Source: an uncultured Candidatus Rokubacteria bacterium
GTDB taxonomy: Bacteria > Methylomirabilota > Methylomirabilia > Rokubacteriales > CSP1-6
Assembly (NCBI GenBank): GCA_963789955.1
Contig: CAWBMV010000036.1
Location: 128,001 to 192,000, forward strand
Direction of reading: 5' to 3'
Length of the DNA: 64,000 nucleotides
The translations under genes were made by a program, and so were the position numbers. The notes under the pieces are model-generated. The model searched no databases, was not told the origin of the DNA, and saw only the letters and a program-made list of their open reading frames with translations. Positions 41,659 through 52,823 of the stretch are shown here, one piece after another (within the stretch, counting starts at the first letter, position 1; each line of letters begins with the position of its first letter).

Positions 41659-43688
41659 ATGCCCAGCCACACACGACTCGAGTTCATCATCGAGGCGGTG
41701 CCGGCCCTGATCGGCTACGTTGACGTCGATGAACGCTACCGCTTCAACAACCTCGCCTACCAGGACTGGTTCGGGCGCCCCGTGGAGGAGTTCGTCGGAC
41801 GCACCGTCCGCGACATCCTCGGTGACGTGGCGTACGCGGCCGTCGCACCGCACGTGCGGAGCGCGCTCGCCGGCCGTCTCGTCACCTTCGAGAGCGAGCT
41901 GACCTATCGTGATGGCAAGCCACGCTACGTGCGCGCCACCTACGTGCCCGACGTGGGTGAGGACGGTCGGGTGCGCGGCTTCGTGGCCCACGTCAACGAC
42001 ATCACCGATCTCAAGCAGGCCGAGGTGGAGCGCGAGCAGCTACGGCGACACGCCGACGAGCTGGCGCGCGTGTCTCGCCGGCTCACCGAGTCGCTCGACA
42101 TCGGCGAGGTGGCGGAGCGGATCGCCGAGTGCATCCTGCCACTGTTTCAAGCGCAGTCCTCGGTGGTCCGGCTGCTGCTCCCCGATGGCTCGCTCGCGTG
42201 TGTGGCCATCGCGGGCAAGTGGCTGGAGAACTTCAAGCCCGGCTACCTCCTGCCTCCCGGCGTTGGCCTCGTGGGACGCGCCGTCATCGAGAGGCGCGCC
42301 CTGTGGACGCGCGATATCCTCGACGAGCCGAGCGTCGTCCTCACCCCGGAGTTCCGGCGGGGTCTGGCGGGCGCGGGCCACCACGCGGTGCTCGCGGTGC
42401 CGCTGCAGGTCAAAGGCGAGATCATCGGCGCGGTCTCCACGGCGCACGCGGAGATCCGTACGTTCTCGCAGGCCGAGATCGACCTGCTCCAGGCCTTCGC
42501 CGACCAGGCGGCCCTGGCGATGCGCAACGTGCAGCTGTTCGCGAGAGAGCAGACCGCACGCGCCGAGGCAGAGGCGGCCAACCACGCCAAGGACCAGTTC
42601 CTCGCCCTGCTCGCGCACGAGCTGCGCAACCCGCTGGCGCCGATCGTCACCTCGGCCGCCCTGCTGCGCCGACCCGGGATCGCGGCGACCGTCGTCGAGC
42701 ACGTCGGCCGGCATCGTGGAGCGGCAGGCGCGTAGCCTCGCCCGCCTCCTCGACGATCTCCTCGACGTCTCGCGCATCACCCGAGACCGGGTCGATCTGC
42801 GCTCGGATCGTGCTCTCGATCGCCGACGCCGTCGAGCGCGCACTGGAGGCGACGCGTCCACTCGTCGACGAGCGGCGGCACGTCGTGTCGGTGACTCTGC
42901 CGGAGAGGCCGCTGTACGTCGAGGCCGACCCGGCGCGGCTCGAACAGATCATCGTCAACGTGTTGAACAACGCCGCCAAGTACACACCGCCCGACGGGCA
43001 CATCAGCGTGGTCGTCGCCCAGGAGGGCGACGAGGTCGTCCTGCGGGTGAGCGACACGGGCATCGGGATCCCAGAGGACATGCTTTCGCGCATCTTCGAC
43101 CTCTTCGTCCAGGGCGATCAATCGCTCGCGCACACGTCCGGCGGACTGGGCATCGGCCTGACGCTGGTCCACCGCCTCGTGAAGCTCCACCATGGGCGCG
43201 TCGAGGCGCACAGCGACGGGCCGGGGCGCGGGAGCCAGTTCACGGTCGCGCTGCCGCTCAGCCGCCAGGCGTCCGCGCCGGCCGGTCCCGCGTCCGCCCC
43301 CGCACGCTGTCCGCCGGCTGACGTACTGCTGATCGAGGACAACGACGACGCGCGACAGAGCCTGCGCGCGCTGCTCGAGCACGAGGGTCACCGGGTGGCC
43401 GAGACCGCCGACGGCACGAGCGGCCTGAACCGTGACGAGACGATGCGGCCCGATATCGTCCTCATCGACATCGGCCTGCCCGGCCTGGACGGATACGAGG
43501 TGGCACGCTGCATCCGCGCCCGGCGCGGCACCGATCCGATCCTGGTCGCGATCACGGGGTACGGACAGATCGACGACCAGCGCCGCTCGCTCGAGGCCGG
43601 CTTCGACGCCCATCTCACCAAGCCGGTCTCCCCGGACCAGCTCACCGGCCTGCTCGGCACGCTCGCGCACAGTCGCGGGAGGCGCTGA
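41659..43688 (+). CDS. Hybrid sensor kinase PAS-GAF-HisKA-HATPase-REC, frameshifts near 42705 and 42805
   Basis: PAS YVDVDERYRFNN; FLALLAHELRNPL; NNAAKYT, GLGIGL; LIDIGLPGLDG...HLTKP. Confidence 0.9.
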
Positions 43689-43838
43689 ACCGCGCTCCGT
43701 CGCAGAACCAGGATCGAGTACCCGCGTTGGTGAAGGCGGGCAGGCCCGGCGCGACATCGACTTCCACGGGTCGAGCGCCGCCTCAACACAGCGGAGCCGA
43801 AGGCGAAAATCCTGTAGGATTGCCGGACGGGGGACGCC

Positions 43839-44997
43839 ATGCCACTGCGATTCGGAGTGTTCGACCACATCGAGCCGGTGCCGGGACAGCGACTCGATCA
43901 GATCTACCGCGAGCGGCTGGTGCAGATCGAGCGCCTCGACCGCGCCGGCTTCTACGCGTATCACCTGGCCGAGCACCACACGCCCGCGATCCACAGCCTG
44001 GCGCCCTCGCAAAACGTCTTCCTCGGCAGCGTCGCCCAGCGCACGACGCGCATGCGATTCGGGCCGTGCGTCTACGTGTTGCCGCTGCACCATCCGCTCC
44101 GGCTGATCGAAGAGATCAGCATGCTCGACAACTTGAGCGGGGGACGTCTGGAGATCGGCGTGGGGCGCGGCGGTGTGATGGAAGCGTTCTTCTGGGGCCA
44201 GGAAGCCGATCCCGAGACCAACTACGCGCGCTATCGGGAAACCCTGGAGATCATTCGCGAAGGGCTCAGCCACGATCAGCTCAGCTATGCGGGCCACTTC
44301 CACAAGTTCGAGAACCTGCCGATGTACCTGCGGCCGCTGCAGAAGCCGTATCCGCCGCTCTGGTACATGCGCAACCCGGTGACGGCCGCGATGGAAGGGA
44401 TGCACACGATCATCGTCGGCTCGATCGACGGGCTCGCGGTGGCGGTCCCGCGGTATCGCGCGGCGTGGGAAGAGCATCAGGGCTCGGGCACGCTCACGGC
44501 GCAGGGGCACGAGCCGATGATCGGCCTCGTGGTGCACCTGGTCGTCGCTGACACCGACGCCGACGCGTTACGGATCGCCGCGCCCGCGTGGGAGAAGTAC
44601 CGCTGGAACCTCGCCGCGCCGCGCCGTCTCGAAGCGGAGAAGCGCGGGCTCACCCAGTTCATGCAGGCCAAGGACGGATCGTTCGGCTTCGTCGGCGAGC
44701 GCCCCAAGGGGCTGCCGACGCGCGAGATGCGCCGGGACATCGACGCCGAGCTCGAGCGGTTCGATCAGGTGAAGCAGGGCTCGCATCCCAACCGCATCGG
44801 CGGCGTGGCGCTGGCCGGCACGCCGCGCGCGGTGCTCGAGTACATGGACGAGTACGTCGCGACCGGCGCGAACTACTTTGTGTGCTCGTTCCAGTGGGGC
44901 GACATCTCCCACGGCGGACGCGATGCGCTCGATCGAGCTCTTCGCGACCGAGGTGATGCCCCGCTACGTCTCGGCGGGATCGCCGGCGCCCGCCTAA
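43839..44997 (+). CDS. LLM flavin-dependent oxidoreductase, frameshift near 44915
   Basis: FGVFDH, AEHH, PLHHPLRLIEEISMLD; C-terminal SIELFATEVMPRY* in another frame. Confidence 0.88.
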
Positions 44998-45044
44998 GGC
45001 GCCGACCGGCACTCCTCGAAGCCCAGCGCGATGCGAGTCCGGCG

Positions 45045-46977
45045 TTACGCGGAGCGCGCCGGGCTTCGCGGAATCCAGACGCGCATCGCTCCCGGCCCCC
45101 GGTTCGCCCACGCGTAGTACGGGATCGCCGTGAGCGCCGTGCGCCGGCGGGCCGCCGACGAGCCGCGACCGATCGGGCGATAAAGACGATCTTTCCACTG
45201 CGCGATGTCGACCGCCCACCCGGAGCCGCGGACGACCGTGATGCCTTCGAGGCGACCGGAGACCCACGCCGATTCGAGCGGCGACGTGGTGTCGATCTCG
45301 AGGTCGGCGATCTTCGTCTCGGGATGATCGGCCTGCTCGAGGCAGTAGACGAGCGGGCCGCGCTCGATCGCCACGCAGCCGCGCGTCGACTCGATCCACG
45401 GATGCGCCTCGATGAGCCGCGGCTCCATCGGGAGCTCGAGCTCGATGACGTCGCCGCTCTGCCACGCGCGATCGATGCGCAGATAGCCGTTCGACCCCGG
45501 CAAGACCGGCTTGCCGTTGACGCGCGCCGTCGCCGCCGCGCACCAGGCGGGCACCCTGAAGCTCAACGCCCGCGAAGTGGTCGGCGCTTGCTCGACGGAG
45601 AGCCGCACCCGTCCCTCCCACGGATAGGCGGTCTCCATCCGCACCACCATCGCCGGGCCCGTGCCGAGATCGGCCGTGATACGCGCCGGAGGCGTACTGG
45701 TGGATCTGCAGGCCCGCACCGTCGCGCGTGGCGATGTAGTGGCCGAACGTCGCAACCTGACGCATGACGTTCGGCGGGCAACACGCGACCAGGTGCCAGT
45801 CCTTGCGGATGCAGCCGCCCCGGCTCAAGTGCTCGGGCTCGCCGTTGTTGGCCAGCGGATTCACGTAGAAGTATCGATCACCGCCGAGCGAGACGCCGGA
45901 GAGCACGGCGTTGTAGAGCGTGCGCTCGATGAGATCGCCGAAGCGTGATTCGCCCGTGGCCAGCAGCATGCGCCAGCTCCACATGACACTGGCGATGGCG
46001 CCGCACGTCTCGCAGTAGGCGAGATCGTTCGGCAGCTCGTACGGCTGCCCGAACGCTTCGCTCAGATGCCGGCCGCCGACACCGCCGGTGATGTAGAGCT
46101 TGGCAGTGACGAGATCGTGCCACTGGCGGTTCAGCGCGCTGAGCAGCGCCGCCTCGCCGGTCTCGAGGTACACGTCGGTGGCGCCGGTGGTCAGGTAGAG
46201 CGCGCGGACGGCGTGCCCCTCGACGGTCGTCGCCTCGCGGACGGGCACGCGGTCCTGGTACGAGGCCGAGCTGTTGTAGCGGCCCGGACCGAGCCAGCCG
46301 CGCCCTCGGTGCTCGAGGAAGAACGCGGCCAGGTCGAGGTGGCGCCGCTCGCCGGTCTCGCGATAGAGCTCGACCAGCGCCATCTCGATCTCCGGGTGCC
46401 CGGGCGTGGCCACCTTCCGGCCCGGGCCGAAGAGCGAGTGCAGATAGTCCGCGAAGCGCTGGGCGATCGTCAGGAGCCGGTCGTCCCCGGTGGCTCGACG
46501 GAACGCGACGGCGGCCTGGATGAGATGGCCGGCGCAGTAGAGCTCGTGTCCGTGGGCGAAGTCGGTCCAGCGCTTGCCCGGCTCCGCCACGGTGTAGAAC
46601 GAGTTGATGTAGCCGTCGGCGCCCTGCGCCGCGGCCACCAGGTCGATCGTCGCCTCGGTGGTCGACCGGAGCCACTCGCTCGGCGCGCGCCCGAGCTCCC
46701 AGCCCGCGGCCTCGAGCCACTTGTACACATCCGAGTCCATGAACACCGGGCCGCGGTAGCGGGCGGTCGAGCGTCCGGCGGCGATGCGGAGATTCTCGAG
46801 ATTGCCGGCCGCTTCGAGCATGCGATAGCCGTGCGGCAGCGCCGCGTCGTGGTTGACCGCCTGGCGCCGGGCCCACACACCGTCCTCGATCGTCACCGCC
46901 TGCGCGTCGAGCGTCGTCAACGTCGCCGCGGGGCTCTTCGCTCCGTCGACCGGTCCTGCCGTTCGTCGCGTCGTCAT
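45045..46977 (-). CDS. GH127 beta-L-arabinofuranosidase family glycosidase, frameshift near 45690
   Basis: DSDVYKWLEA, HELYCAGH, GHAVRA, YCETC, ACCPPN, IPYYAWANRG. Confidence 0.92.
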
Positions 46978-47082
46978 GATCCGCAGAGTCTACCGCGACA
47001 TTGACAACGATTGCGCGAATCAACTAGGTTGTGACCGGTCACACACCGGAGCTCACTGACGAAAAGCGCGGGAGGTCTTGCC

Positions 47083-47886
47083 ATGCGAGCACGCGGCCGG
47101 ACAGTGTTGTTCGTCGCGTTGTCGATCGTTCTCGGTCTCTCGTCCCTCGCGCGCTCGGCGGCGGCGCAGAACGTCGACGAGATCATCAAGCGCGGCAAGG
47201 TCATCGTCGGCGTCAACACGACCACGCCCATCTTCGGGCTCGTTGGCACCGATGGCCAGCCCGAGGGCTACGACCCCGACGTGGCGCGGCTCGTCGGAAA
47301 ATATCTGGGCGTGCCGGTCGAGTTCGTTCCGGTCACCGGCGCGAACCGCCTGCCGTTCCTTCTGACCAATCGGGTCGACATGGTGATCGCGCTGTTCGGG
47401 ATCACGCCCGAGCGCGCGCAGCAGATCTGGTTCTCGATGCCGTACGCCACCGAGGCGGCGACCCTGGTGGCCCCAGCGAGCCGCGTGGTCAAAACGGTCG
47501 ACGATCTGGCCGGGCTGCGCGTCGGCGTCCCGCGGGGCGCGATGCAGGACCTGATCCTGACGCCGCAGGCGGCGGCCAAGAAGATCAACCTCATGCGCTT
47601 CGACGACGAGGCGACCGCGCTGCAGGCGCTGATCTCCGGTCAGATCGACGTCGTCGGCACGGGCCTTCTGGTCAATCGCACCTTGAACCGCAACGATCCC
47701 GGCAAGAACTACGAGGTCAAGATCGTGCTCCGCCCGCTCCACTTCGGCATCGGCATCCGCCGCGGCCAGATCGACCTCTTGCAGTGGCTGAACACCTTCG
47801 TCTACACGATCAAAAACAACGGCGAGCTGGACGCGATCAGCCGGAAGTGGCGCCAACTGCCGCTGGAGGTGTTGCCGGTCTTCTGA
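47083..47886 (+). CDS. Polar amino-acid ABC transporter substrate-binding protein
   Basis: Signal peptide; GYDPDVA, NRLPFLLTNRVD, ITPERAQ. Confidence 0.92.
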   Translation: MRARGRTVLFVALSIVLGLSSLARSAAAQNVDEIIKRGKVIVGVNTTTPIFGLVGTDGQPEGYDPDVARLVGKYLGVPVEFVPVTGANRLPFLLTNRVDMVIALFGITPERAQQIWFSMPYATEAATLVAPASRVVKTVDDLAGLRVGVPRGAMQDLILTPQAAAKKINLMRFDDEATALQALISGQIDVVGTGLLVNRTLNRNDPGKNYEVKIVLRPLHFGIGIRRGQIDLLQWLNTFVYTIKNNGELDAISRKWRQLPLEVLPVF

Positions 47887-47904
47887 TCCGCGGGCCGGGA
47901 ACCC

Positions 47905-48573
47905 GTGGACTACGTCTTCCAGTTCGGCGTCGTCTGGCGAGACATCGACACGCTCCTGCTCGGCGCCTGGCTGACGATGCGGCTCTCGGCCCTGGCGATG
48001 GTGTTCGGGCTGATCGTCGGTGTCGCGGGCGCGCTGGCCAGAACCTCGCGCTACCGGGCGCTTCGTGCAGTGGGCCACGCCTACGTCGAGGCCATCCGCA
48101 ACACACCGTTCCTGGTCCAGGTGCTGCTCGTGTACCTCGGCCTGCCATCGATCGGCATCCGCCTGAAGCCCGATCACGCGGCGCTCCTGGCCATGGTGAT
48201 CAACCTCGGCGCCTATACGACTGAGATCGTGCGGGCCGGCATCAAGGCCGTGTCCCCGGGTCAGATCCAGGCGGGGATCGCGCTGGGGCTGTCGCGATGG
48301 CAGCTCTTCCGCTTCGTGGTGTGCCTGCCGGCGCTTCGCGCCGTGTTTCCGGCGCTCGGGAGCCAGTTCATCCTCGTCATGCTCGCGTCGAGCGTCGTCT
48401 CGGTCATCTCGGCTGAGGAGCTGACGGCGGTGGCCGACACGATCGTGGCGCGCAACTTCAGATCGTTCGAGGTCTATCTGATCGTCACCGGGCTCTACCT
48501 GGCCATGTGCCTGGCCTTTCAGGCGGCGTTCGCCGCGGTCCATCGCGCGCTCTTCGCGCGCTGGGGCGCCTGA
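47905..48573 (+). CDS. Polar amino-acid ABC transporter permease
   Basis: RNTPFLVQ, AYTTEIVRAG. Confidence 0.93.
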   Translation: MDYVFQFGVVWRDIDTLLLGAWLTMRLSALAMVFGLIVGVAGALARTSRYRALRAVGHAYVEAIRNTPFLVQVLLVYLGLPSIGIRLKPDHAALLAMVINLGAYTTEIVRAGIKAVSPGQIQAGIALGLSRWQLFRFVVCLPALRAVFPALGSQFILVMLASSVVSVISAEELTAVADTIVARNFRSFEVYLIVTGLYLAMCLAFQAAFAAVHRALFARWGA

Positions 48574-48577
48574 TCCG

Positions 48578-49252
48578 ATGGTCCGCGAGTTCACCGTTCA
48601 CGAGCTGTGGTTCCTGGTGCTCGCCGTGCGCTGGACTATCGCGCTGTCGGTCATCGCGTTCGTGGCCGGAAGCGCCGCCGGCCTCGTCGTCGCGCTCTCG
48701 CGCGTGTCCCGATCGCGCGTCCTGGCGGGCGCGGCGACGGCCTACATCAAGCTCGTCCAGGGCACGCCGCTGCTGATGCAGCTCTATCTGGTCTACTTCG
48801 GCGCCAGCCTCTTGCGCGTGACAAGCGACGCGTGGACCGCTGCGGCGCTGGGCCTGGCCCTCTACGCGAGCGCGTTCCTCGGCGAGATCTGGCGCGGCTG
48901 CATCCAGGCCGTCCCGCGGACGCAGTGGGAAGCGGCGCGGGCGCTGGGCCTCGGCTATCCCGCGCAGCTCCGCTTCGTCATCGCGCCCCAGGCGTCGCGG
49001 ATCGCGCTGCCGCCGACGGTGGGCTTCCTGGTCCAGCTGGTGAAGGGAACCTCGCTGGCCTCGATCATCGGCTTCACCGAGCTCACGCGCGCCGCGGCGG
49101 TCGTGAACAACGCGACGTTTCGCCCGTTGATGGTCTACGCCGCCGTCGCCGGGCTCTACTTCGTCCTGTGCTGGCCGCTGTCCTTGCTGAGCGAGCGTCT
49201 CGAGCGGCGGCTCGAGCGCGCCGGGGCGACGACGGTCAGCTTCCAGATCTGA
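48578..49252 (+). CDS. Polar amino-acid ABC transporter permease
   Basis: QGTPLLMQL, QWEAARALG, KGTSLAS. Confidence 0.93.
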   Translation: MVREFTVHELWFLVLAVRWTIALSVIAFVAGSAAGLVVALSRVSRSRVLAGAATAYIKLVQGTPLLMQLYLVYFGASLLRVTSDAWTAAALGLALYASAFLGEIWRGCIQAVPRTQWEAARALGLGYPAQLRFVIAPQASRIALPPTVGFLVQLVKGTSLASIIGFTELTRAAAVVNNATFRPLMVYAAVAGLYFVLCWPLSLLSERLERRLERAGATTVSFQI

Positions 49253-49264
49253 CGCGGCGCCCGC

Positions 49265-50032
49265 TCACACCCAGCCGCCGTCGACGATATAGCTCTGGCT
49301 CGTACACGCCGAGCTGTCGTCGGAGGCGAAGAAGAGCACGACGCGCGCGACGTCTTCCGGCAAGAGCTTGCGCTTCAGGCACTGGCGGCGGAGCAATTCC
49401 TGCTCGGCCTCCGGAGTCAGCCAGAGCGTCACCTGCCGCTCGGTCATGATCCAGCCGGGCACGATCGCGTTCACGCGAATGTTCATGGGCCCGAAGTCGC
49501 GGGCGAGCGCTCGGGTCAGCCCGGCAACGGCGGCCTTCGCGCTCAGGTACGCCGGCATTCCGCCCTGGCCGACGAGCCATGACGTGGAGCCGAAGTTGAT
49601 GATCGAGCCGCCGCCCGCGGCGGCCATGTCGGGCGCGACGGCCTGCGCCGCGAAAAAGTGGTGGCGCAGGTTCACCGCGAAGCGGTCGTCCCAGTACTCC
49701 GGGGTCACGCGCTCGATCGTGTGCCGTTCGTCGTGGGCTGCGTTGTTGACTAGTACGCGGATCGCCCCGAGCCGCGTCTTGACCTCGGCGATGGCCGCCT
49801 GGAGCGCCGGGATGTCCCGGACATCACACGGAACAAATGTCGGCGCAGGATGGCCGCGCTCTGCGATCGTCTTGACCAGCGTCTCGGACGCCGGCCGGTC
49901 GATGTCGACGAACGCGACCCGTGCGCGCTGCGCGCAGAGGTGCTCGACGATCGACGCGCCGATGCCGCTGCCGCCGCCGGTGACGAGCGCCACGCGAGCG
50001 TCGAGACTCGGGTACGAGGCGGTGTGGACCAT
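49265..50032 (-). CDS. SDR oxidoreductase, D-xylose 1-dehydrogenase-like
   Basis: YPSL..VTGGGSGIG, NNAAHDERH, YLSAK, PGWIMTERQVTLWL. Confidence 0.85.
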   Translation of the reverse strand: MVHTASYPSLDARVALVTGGGSGIGASIVEHLCAQRARVAFVDIDRPASETLVKTIAERGHPAPTFVPCDVRDIPALQAAIAEVKTRLGAIRVLVNNAAHDERHTIERVTPEYWDDRFAVNLRHHFFAAQAVAPDMAAAGGGSIINFGSTSWLVGQGGMPAYLSAKAAVAGLTRALARDFGPMNIRVNAIVPGWIMTERQVTLWLTPEAEQELLRRQCLKRKLLPEDVARVVLFFASDDSSACTSQSYIVDGGWV

Positions 50033-50047
50033 GAGACCCTCCAGGCC

Positions 50048-50929
50048 ATGGACCTTATCACTCTGCGCGCCGGCGGCGCGGGTCTCGTGCTGGCGCCCGC
50101 GGCCGGCGGCTCCGTGGCGCGCTACTGGGTCGAGCGCGGTCGCGCGTCGTGGGATCTACTCCGCCGGTGGACGACGCCGCAACCGGGCGACCCGTTCGAA
50201 TCCGCCGCGTTCGCGCTCGTGCCCTACTCGAATCGGATCCGCGCGGGGCGCTTCTCGTTTCGTGGGCGCGACGTACGCCTAGCGCTGAATCGTCCGCCCG
50301 AGCGACATAGCATTCACGGTCTCGGGTGGCAGATGGCCTGGCGCCCACTCGATGTGCGTGAGCAGGAGGCGACCCTGCAATTCCGACATGACGCCGGCGC
50401 ATGGCCGTGGGCCTTCAGCGCCACACAGCACTTCGAGCTCGAGCCCTCGCGCCTGACCGTCGCGCTGGCCTTGACCAACGAGAGCGACGCGGCGATGCCG
50501 GCCGGGCTCGGGTGGCATCCGTACTTTCCGCGAACCCCGCGCACGAAGCTCACGGCCGATGTTCAGGCGATGTGGCTGACCGACGACGAGGTGATGCCGA
50601 CGACATTGGCGGCGCCCGGCGTGGCCGACCTTTCGCGCGGCGCGCTGGTCGACGCCGTCGCACTGGACAACTGCTTCGCCGGATGGCGACGGCGCGCCGT
50701 GATCGAGTGGCCCGAAGCCAACACGCGCGTCGTCATGACGTCGGAGGCACCGCTCGACTTCCTCGTCGTCTACACGCCACGCGGCCGGCCGTTCTTCTGC
50801 GCCGAGCCGGTGAGCCACATGACCGACGCGTTCAATCTCGCTGCGGCCGGACGGCCGGACGCGGGCGCGCGGACTCTGGAGCCGGGCGAAACACTACGAG
50901 CGGTCGTGACGCTCAAGGTGGAGCAGTAA
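50048..50929 (+). CDS. Aldose 1-epimerase family protein
   Basis: LVPYSNRI, IHGLGW, GLGWHPYF, FCAEPVSH. Confidence 0.9.
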   Translation: MDLITLRAGGAGLVLAPAAGGSVARYWVERGRASWDLLRRWTTPQPGDPFESAAFALVPYSNRIRAGRFSFRGRDVRLALNRPPERHSIHGLGWQMAWRPLDVREQEATLQFRHDAGAWPWAFSATQHFELEPSRLTVALALTNESDAAMPAGLGWHPYFPRTPRTKLTADVQAMWLTDDEVMPTTLAAPGVADLSRGALVDAVALDNCFAGWRRRAVIEWPEANTRVVMTSEAPLDFLVVYTPRGRPFFCAEPVSHMTDAFNLAAAGRPDAGARTLEPGETLRAVVTLKVEQ

Positions 50930-50970
50930 GCCAGGTCGAGGGCTGAGCCGGCCGCGCCGGCTCGCGAGCG

Positions 50971-51837
50971 CTAGAGGCGCCGAATCGCCGCGTCGGTCGC
51001 CGCATCCGCCGCGAAGAAGCATTCGATGCGAAGCTCGTGGAGCGTGATGTCGTAGGGCGTCCCGAGGCTCGCGAGCAACGTGAAGAAGCTAAAGCGCACG
51101 TCACCCTTCTTGAGCTCGATGGCCAGGAACGGCGCCGTCGAGGCGTCGAGGTCGAGCAGCTGCCACTGCTTGGGCACGTCGGGATAAGAGAGAAGCTCGT
51201 CGAGCAGCCGGCGCGTCTCGGCATCGCCGGTGCGCAGCAAATCGCGGTGGAGCCACTGGATGAACGCAGCCGCGGTCGCTTCCCAGTTGACGATGTACGG
51301 CCGGAGCGCCTGCGGGTGATACGAGAGCCGCATCGCGTTCGGCGCGCCCAGCGCGGCGGTGGCCGTGGGATCCAGGAAGAGCCCCATCACCTTGCCCATC
51401 GCCTCGTTGGTCAACAGGATGTTCCAGTGGCGGTCGAGCACCATCGCGGGAAACGGCTCTTGCTGGCGCAGCATGTAGCCGAGCGCGTGCTTCACCTGCG
51501 CCATCTCGGGCGCGTCCAGCCTCGTTTCGCGATAGACCGGCGCATAGCCCGCCGCCGTCAGGAGCTCGTTGCGACCGCGCAGCGGCACCTCGAGCACGCG
51601 GGACAGCAGCAGGACCATCTCGCGGCTTGGTTGAGTCCGGCCGGTCTCGAGAAAGCTCAGGTGCCGCGTCGAGATCTCGGCTTCGAGCGCCAGGCCGAGC
51701 TGGCTCATGCGGCGCCGTTCGCGCCACTGCTTCAGGAGCCGGCCGACGGTACTTGGGCGAGCGTTCCGAAGATGCTTGCGCGCGCTGCCCCCGGCACTCA
51801 CACGAGCCAATATACGTGGGCCGCCGCGGGGAGCCAA
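50971..51837 (-). CDS. XRE-HTH transcription regulator with MmyB-like ligand domain (start uncertain)
   Basis: LKQWRERRRMSQLGLA...STRHLSFLETGR; LDRHWNIL; ELRIECFF. Confidence 0.9.
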   Translation of the reverse strand: MAPRGGPRILARVSAGGSARKHLRNARPSTVGRLLKQWRERRRMSQLGLALEAEISTRHLSFLETGRTQPSREMVLLLSRVLEVPLRGRNELLTAAGYAPVYRETRLDAPEMAQVKHALGYMLRQQEPFPAMVLDRHWNILLTNEAMGKVMGLFLDPTATAALGAPNAMRLSYHPQALRPYIVNWEATAAAFIQWLHRDLLRTGDAETRRLLDELLSYPDVPKQWQLLDLDASTAPFLAIELKKGDVRFSFFTLLASLGTPYDITLHELRIECFFAADAATDAAIRRL

Positions 51838-51853
51838 TTACCTCCGAGGTAAT
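51837..51853. promoter_or_regulatory. Palindromic operator ATTACCTC-C-GAGGTAAT
   Basis: Perfect 8-1-8 inverted repeat at the 5' end of the XRE gene. Confidence 0.65.
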
Positions 51854-51913
51854 GGCGTGGCCCTCAGTCTCGCGCGGTAGCGAAACCGGAAAAGGGCGAG
51901 ACTCGGTGAAGAT

Positions 51914-52046
51914 TCACGATATGTCGTGAGGATTCGGCGGTCGATGGATCCGTGATGGCTATGGCCGTGGCACCCCGAAACGTCGGCCAAGTTGGGCCGA
52001 ACTCGTCCGGATCCGCGCCTGAAGCGGCCGCGGCACTGATCTTGCC
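51914..52046 (+). promoter_or_regulatory. Palindromic upstream site plus sigma-54 promoter, copy 1
   Basis: TCACGATATGTCGTGA at 51914-51929; CGGCACTGATCTTGCC with GG at 52032 and GC at 52044. Confidence 0.75.
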
Positions 52047-52065
52047 TCGCTGTTCATTGGCGCCC

Positions 52066-52725
52066 ATGAACGAGCCGACCGACGGCATCTACGACGAGTC
52101 CCGCTGGCCCCCCGCGCTCGCGATACTCGTCGTGCTCTGCCTGATGGCAGTGCTACCCCACCACGTCGAAGTGATGCCGGTGTGGGTGTCGCGCGTGGCG
52201 GCGCTCGCGATGCTCTTGCCGATGGCTGCCGTCGCGCTCACGAAGGCGAGCACGCGATGGCGGCGCATCGAGCGGGCGATGATAATTCTTGTTGCGGTGG
52301 CGTATGTCGCTAACACAGGGGCGCAGCTGGCGGACATGATCGGCATCATCACGCTCCTCCCGCCGGGAAGTCGCTCCGTCTCGCTTCTCTCTTCATCGCT
52401 TGGGATCTGGGTCACCAACGTTCTGATGTTCTCCTTGCTCTACTGGGAACTCGACCGGGGCGGCCCGCCCGCTCGAGCGAGCCACATGACGATAAGGCCG
52501 GATTGGCTATTCCCGCAGATCGCCGTCCCCGACGACGCGCCGCCTGACTGGCGGCCCTTGTTCCTCGACTATCTCTTTCTTGCGTACTGTACGGCGACGG
52601 CGTTCAGCCCCACTGATGTCTTGCCGCTCACGCGGCGAGCCAAGATGCTGATGATGCTCGAAAGCGCAATCTCGCTCTTGACGATCGTGATCGTCGCGGC
52701 CCGCGCGGTCAGTGTGCTCCCGTAG
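52066..52725 (+). CDS. DUF1345-like membrane protein
   Basis: FSLLYWELDRGGP, DWLFPQ, DYLFLAY.TATAFSPTDVLPLTRRAK. Confidence 0.82.
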   Translation: MNEPTDGIYDESRWPPALAILVVLCLMAVLPHHVEVMPVWVSRVAALAMLLPMAAVALTKASTRWRRIERAMIILVAVAYVANTGAQLADMIGIITLLPPGSRSVSLLSSSLGIWVTNVLMFSLLYWELDRGGPPARASHMTIRPDWLFPQIAVPDDAPPDWRPLFLDYLFLAYCTATAFSPTDVLPLTRRAKMLMMLESAISLLTIVIVAARAVSVLP

Positions 52726-52823
52726 TTCGTCGCTACGCACGGATCGAGCCAGCCGGCGATGATGACGGCTGCGGAGATGACCCCGCGCATTCTCGAGACC
52801 ATCTCGCCTCGCGCCGAACCACG

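Noticed and set aside
43839..45767. 642-aa LLM fusion protein
   Set aside because: Artefact of an indel near 44915. The real C-terminus ends at 44997 and the extension is antisense to the GH127 gene.
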